This document shows, piece after piece, positions 54,071-64,000 of a stretch of 64,000 nucleotides of DNA. The notes beneath the pieces were generated by a model. The model did no database searches. It had not been told where the DNA came from and worked only from the letters and a program-made list of their open reading frames with translations. The DNA is taken from assembly GCF_009914755.1 (NCBI RefSeq), contig NC_060925.1; one strand, 5' to 3'. This DNA comes from the human T2T-CHM13v2.0 reference genome, Homo sapiens. The stretch's first letter is position 1, and each line of letters opens with the position of its first letter. The position numbers were made by a program, and so were the translations under genes.

Positions 54071-54306
54071 TTAATAACAAAACATAGTTTTTATAGTCCC
54101 CAGTTTTTATTCCCCAGAGGCACCACTTTCAAGTCTTCCGGCTGATTTTCTTCTATTTGATATTATCTGTTAACTTCCTAATAAGTTGAGAAGTTAGCCC
54201 TGTTGCCCTCATTCCTTTCTTTCCTTCAATAACATAAAAGTTTTTTTTTTCCCCACATGAAGTTCAGTACTGGTGTTTGTGGTCATGTGATTATTCCGGA
54301 CTGGGG

Positions 54307-54385
54307 CACTGGTTCTCAAAGTGTGGTCCAGAAATCCCAGAGAGGTTTCCAGGATCCTGTCACAGGGTCCATAAGATGTAAAGTA

Positions 54386-54430
<45 letters not shown>

Positions 54431-54750
54431 ATGTTTGGCACGCTTATTTTTTCCACAAGTATACATGGAGTTTTCCAGTAGCCACATGACGTTTGATGAC
54501 ATGATGGCATCACACTGATAGCTAATGAAACGTGCACTTGTGTGTTCTTGTGTTTTCCAGAATTTTCTGAGGTAAGAATACCTCAGTCGATTGAATGCAG
54601 AGACAGGTATGAAAATTGACCTGTGTTCTGTTAAACCACATATCGAAAAGCCTTGCAGAAATGTAAAATAAGGCCAATCACTAAATGTTTTGTTTTGGAA
54701 AAAAGTTACTTTTCGTTAAAAGCAGTTACATATATTGATATGTATTGTGT
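54307..54750. mobile_element. hAT-Charlie-type relic (Charlie4-like) containing a (GT)20 repeat
   Basis: CACTGGTTCTCAAAGTGTGGTCC start; GGAGTTTTCCAG...CATGACG motif. Confidence 0.55.
54389..54428 (+). repeat. (GT)20 microsatellite in intron 1
   Basis: Counted directly. Confidence 0.97.
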
Positions 54751-54965
54751 TTATGTCTTTGTTTTTTTCAGTAGACACTGAACAAATACTGATAACTGGT
54801 TTAGTTTAGTTAGAAATAGATTCTACCATATTTTAACATATTATTGGCCAAGCAGGGTGGCTCACCTGTAATCCCTGCACTTTGGGGGGCCAAGACAGGC
54901 AAATCACCTGAGGCCAGGAGTTCAAGACCAGCCTGGCCAACATGGTGAAACCCCATCTCTACTTA

Positions 54966-55145
<180 letters not shown>

Positions 55146-56270
55146 TTATTAGAAATTACTTCGTACTTAAAGTTTATTGTGCTTTAATTTTGAAATTGAA
55201 AAGAACAGTTTTCCTTAATACCCTTTTAGGAAGTTATCTGGTTTTTAATATTAGAATATTAAAGCCTTCTTGAGCTTCAACCCAGTTTGCCAGGATTTTT
55301 GTCAGGCCTGTGTTCTCAGGAGAAAACAAACTTACATCAAGAGTTTCATCAGCATTTCGTTTCAACAAATATTTGTTGATCGTTTGTGCTTGGGTGCTAT
55401 GAGAGATGGAAAGAAGCATAAGACAGATCCTAACTGTCCATGTCTTTTTTTTATTATTATTATTATTTTTTTTTATTTTATTTTTTTAACTGTCCATGTC
55501 TTGTACTGCAACGTCTACCCCATATGGTGAGAATTAACCTTCAGGTTGATGACTCAGTTGCTGCAGAATTCTTAGAGATCAAATCACAAAGGAATTCTGT
55601 ATACTAGATCTAATTAAGATAAGAAAGATGCTAGGATATCTCAGAAATATAACAAATGAAACAAAGTTTTCAAATTAGTACTAAGATAAACAAAGTTTAT
55701 TTAACAATTTTATATAGCACTTTAGAGTTTACCAAGTGATTTAGTGTGTGTTTCGTTTAATCCTAATGATATCCTATGGGTTAGGTATTATCCATGTCTT
55801 ACAGGTAGCTGACTCAGGTTTTCAAATGTAAGATGACTTGGACAAGAATGCATATAAGTTGTACTCAAATTTAGCTGTTCTGACTTCTGATCCTGTGCTT
55901 TTACTGTATAAAAACACCATATCTGGCTGGGCATGGTGGCTCATGCCTATAACCATAGCACTTTGGCAGGCCAAAGCAGAGGATTGCTTGAGCCCAGGAA
56001 TTTAAGACCAGCCTGGGCAACGTAGACCCCCATCTCTACAAAATTTTTTTTAAAAATTAGCTGCGCGTGGTGGTGCATACCTGTTGTCTCAGCTACTTGG
56101 GAGGCTGAGACAGGAGGATTGCTTGTGCCCAGGGATAGGATGCTGCAGTGAGCTGTGATCGTGGCACTGCACTTCAGCCTAGACAACAGAGCAAGACCCT
56201 GTCAAAAAAAAAAAAAAAAAAAAAACTATATTAAGGATTCAAAGTAGTTGATGTTCTACTACACATGCTA

Positions 56271-56444
<174 letters not shown>

Positions 56445-56929
56445 CTAGCTACTCAGGAGGCTGAGGCAGGAGAATCACTTGAACCTGGGAGGCACAGGTT
56501 GCAGTGAGCTGAGATCACACCATTGCACTATAGCCTGGGTGACAAGAGTGAAACTCCATCTCCAAAAGATATTTTGGAGGATATACAGTGTCTAATATAA
56601 AGGCCTTGGCCATCATAAGCTCTCCATAGTTAAGCCAGATCACTAGAAGAAATAAGTAATAATTCTCATTCTGGTTATAGATCATATAAACTTTGTAAGA
56701 GGTTAGACTCAAATGGATACATTTCTGACTAAAAAAGAATTTTTTTTGTTTCAAACTATTAAAAAACCTTTAAATGTATTGTTTTACTGATCTTCAGGAC
56801 TATAGTCTGTGACCATAATAATGGGAATACATTCAGAATGTCCAACAAACACCTAAAGTAAATGATACTTTTTTGCCTGCACATAGTATTAATTTCTTAA
56901 TGAGATATTTCAGAAATTACATGGTGTGA

Positions 56930-57625
<696 letters not shown>

Positions 57626-57696
57626 TCAGTTATGAGTCTCAGTTGTCTCTTATTAATTTGGTTATTGATTTTTGTTGTTCTTTTTTCTCCTTGAAG

Positions 57697-57806
57697 GTTT
57701 GTAAAAGAATGGACTTGGTCTGCCAGAGAATGTTGAATCAGGGATTTCTGAAAGTGGAGAGGTACCATAATCTATGTCAGAAACAAGTTAAAGCACAACT
57801 CCCAAG
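57697..57806 (+). CDS. FBXO28: FBXO28 coding exon 2 (110 nt; [37 protein letters not shown])
   Basis: Polypyrimidine tract plus AAG acceptor at 57694-57696; donor AAG|GTATGT; continues the exon 1 frame and completes the F-box (VCKR motif). Confidence 0.97.
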
Positions 57807-57944
57807 GTATGTTGTGGGTGGCAATGACAATGATGTACAGTTGGTTTTGTTTGTTGCTTGACTTCTTTTTTTCAGTCTCATGGTTTACATATTGCTTCCC
57901 AAGTTTTTATAGCAAAGGGCACAAAGATCACAATGTGATTTCTG

Positions 57945-60610
<2,666 letters not shown>

Positions 60611-61274
60611 AAGTTTAAAGGAGTTAAATTTTATCATCAAAAGCATATCATCTCCTGCCTATATTTCCATGTGTAATCCATTCATTTATCTAATTTCTTT
60701 GGTTCTAATAGCCACTAGATTTGATAGCCAAAAAACCTTTATTTTTATTTTTATTTTTGAGATGGAGTCTTGCTCTATCACCCAGGCTGGAGTGCAAGTG
60801 GTGCAGTCTTGGTTCACTGCAACCTCCGACGCCCGGGTTCAAGCGAGTCTCCTGCCTCAGCCTCCCTAGTAGCTGGGACTATAGGCATGCACCATCACGC
60901 CTGGCTAATTTTTTAGTAGAGACGGGGTTTCACCATGTTGCCCAGCCTGGTCTCAAACTCCTGACCTCAGGTGATCCACCCGCCTCAGCCTCCTAAAGTG
61001 CTGGGATTACAGGCGTGAGCCTCCAAGCCCGGCCCCAAAAAACCTAATTAAAATATATATATATATATAATTTGTTTTGTTTGTTTTCAAATATTTTGTC
61101 AATGAGTACCAGTCTTTGGTAACGATTTCTAGGCATAGTGATTCATTCATCATTACAGTTAAATTATGACCCAACTGTAGATTTCTAAATTAACATGTAA
61201 AAGACTGTTTCATTAAGCCATCTTGATTGCTTAATATTTTAGTCCACAATACTGCTTTAATGGTTGCCTTGCTT

Positions 61275-61292
61275 TTATTATTATTATTATTA
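61275..61292 (+). repeat. (TTA)6 repeat forming the exon 3 acceptor tract
   Basis: GCTT(TTA)6TAG|G read directly. Confidence 0.9.
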
Positions 61293-61295
61293 TAG

Positions 61296-61434
61296 GAGAG
61301 AGTCAGAAAGGAGAAACCATTCATTAGCTCGTCATGCAGACATTCTTGCTGCTGTTGAAACAAGGCTGTCACTATTAAATATGACTTTCATGAAATATGT
61401 GGATTCCAATCTCTGTTGCTTCATCCCAGGAAAG
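61296..61434 (+). CDS. FBXO28: FBXO28 coding exon 3 (139 nt; RESERRNHSLARHADILAAVETRLSLLNMTFMKYVDSNLCCFIPGK); gene continues beyond window
   Basis: TAG acceptor 61293-61295; phase-2 start matches the exon 2 end (AG+G=Arg); donor AAG|GTAAAA, phase 0; no stops. Not in the ORF track. Confidence 0.96.
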
Positions 61435-62679
61435 GTAAAATAGAATTGCTTGCCTAGAACAGCTGGACTGCCCTACATAAACTTATTATACAGTTATGAA
61501 TTTTTGATTTTAGAAATGTTAGAATTGTTTCTACTTCTCTGAGTTTCTACTAATGAATTTGTTTGCTTTCTGTACAGTTATAAATATGTATCATTTGTAT
61601 GATCTTTATATTTAAAATTCTAATTATGAAATAGTCGAAACCCTAATATTCTTTAGAGAAGTTTTTTAAGAGTTCATACTCAAGAATAAAATTTGAGGTT
61701 TTACTGGTGGTTATGATGCCAGAGATACAGCAATGAACAACATACATATTGTCCCTGCCTTCAAGACTATTATAATTTTGGGGAGGTAGAAAAGGAGGGA
61801 CAAGCTGGTTTTTGTTTTGTTTGAGAAATGTTTCATAACGACAACTTTATAAACTTTCAGATTTGACAAGAATAAACAATTGCTATTTACCAATATTCCC
61901 AGAACTAAATAACAGTCCTTTTTAACACAGAAATAACTATATTGTGGCATATTTACCATTACTAAGTTAATAAAAACTCCAACATTCAACATACTACTTA
62001 TACCTTCAGTAGTACCCTACTCCTTGAATTAAGTGTAAATTGACATATGTCTGTATCTTTTTATATGGAAGTGGTAGAGATATAATTAAAGGTCATTTTG
62101 CTACTTGGTTGATGCTGGCAAAAGTTTCCCTTAACATGGTTGGAAATAATTAATATCTAGTAAAATTTGAATGTTCGCTTTTTGTTATTTCCAAAGATAA
62201 TTTACATTGGCAATATTTAATACGTACTTTGTCCATTTTTAGTTTTCTTTGACATTTATTTTTGGGGGGAATCCCATTTCTTATGATTGTATTTGAAATA
62301 TTTTGGTATATCTCACTTTCTTTGCATTATATACATTTTCTTTAAAAGATCTTGTTGCATACCAACACATTACCTGCTAATGCTTTTTGTAGGGTGCTGT
62401 AAGAGGATGACCAGTTAGAAACTTCAGAGTGATTCTTATGCCAGATTTTTCTGAATCTGACCTAAAGGCCTTAACTTTTAAGTGTTCCTGAGTTCTTTGA
62501 ACTTAGCTTGTTTCATATAGCATCATAGTTTTTATTGAATATCTCATTGTTAGAAACATGAATATCTAAGAAACATCTCACAGTTATCATAACTTCAAAG
62601 AGATTCAGTCAGTTGTTAAGTAACAGAGTTGAATAGTTTGTGACAGAGTTCATGTGGCCTACAAAGATTAAAATATTTA

Positions 62680-62904
<225 letters not shown>

Positions 62905-63672
62905 TCACCAATTTCTGTGCTAGTTGATCAGGCTCACGTGTTTGGAATGGTGATGTTGACAGTCTAAACAAATAATGTTGCCAGGTGCCGTGGCTCACAC
63001 CTGTAATCCCCACACTTTGGGAGGCCGAGACGGGCAGATCACAAGGTCAGGAGATCAAGACCAGCCTGGCGAACATGGGGAAACCCTGTCTCTACTAAAA
63101 ATACGAAAATTAGCTGGGCATGGTGGCATGTGCCTGTAATCCCAGCTACTCGGGAGTCTCAGGCAGGAGAGTCACTTGAACCAGGCAGTCAGAGGTTGCA
63201 GTGAGCCGAGATCATGCCACTGCACTCCAGCCTGGCGACAAAGCAAGACTCTATCTCAAAAACAAACAAATAATGTTAAATCCACTGGAGTCCTGTCATT
63301 TTTGGAAACCATTTGTTGACTTCAGTTTTTTTTTTTTTTTTTTTTTTTTTTTGAGATGGTGTCGTGCTGTGTCACCCAGGCTGGAGTGCAGTGGGGCAAT
63401 CTCAGCTAACAGCAACCTCTGCCTCCCGGTACAGGTGCATTATTTGGATTGTTTTATGAGTGTTCCCTTTTTTGTACTTCTCATGCTTAAACTTTTCACA
63501 TCCTGTCTGCAAAATATAAGGATGCGGCATTTAATTTCCACATGCTGAAGTAAGAACATTATACAAAATAATTTTCAGTCTAACATATAATCTTCATTTA
63601 ATATATGGTGTTTATGATAAGTTGTTCTTGTTTTCCCTGAGATCTTGCTTCTGGGATGTACTTAAAAGTTTA

Positions 63673-64000
<328 letters not shown>

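Overview
Human/hominid genomic DNA; no prokaryotic features. The only gene is FBXO28 on the + strand. The window holds its CpG-island promoter (~41.3-42.0 kb) and coding exons 1-3 (41362-41628, 57697-57806, 61296-61434; GT-AG junctions, 172 codons in frame including the F-box); the gene continues past the window end. The upstream 41 kb and the introns are mostly transposon relics: about 65 Alus or Alu fragments counted by eye, a full-length SVA, an LTR10 solo LTR, MER4/MER21/MaLR LTRs, old L1/L2/HAL1, Tigger1 and hAT elements. I see no new multi-gene system. The best leads are: a head-to-head Alu palindrome whose arms share private mutations; an SVA with a 27-nt 5' transduction; an L1 with a twin-priming inversion plus a 3' extension; an orphan 36-nt retro-insertion; a templated insertion in intron 2; two candidate poison exons in intron 1 (one beside (UG)20); a stop-free 249-nt exon 2-3 circle; and a perfect TISU/YY1 start. 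Repeat family names come from recalled consensus sequences, and repeat boundaries are approximate unless a target-site duplication (TSD) is given.
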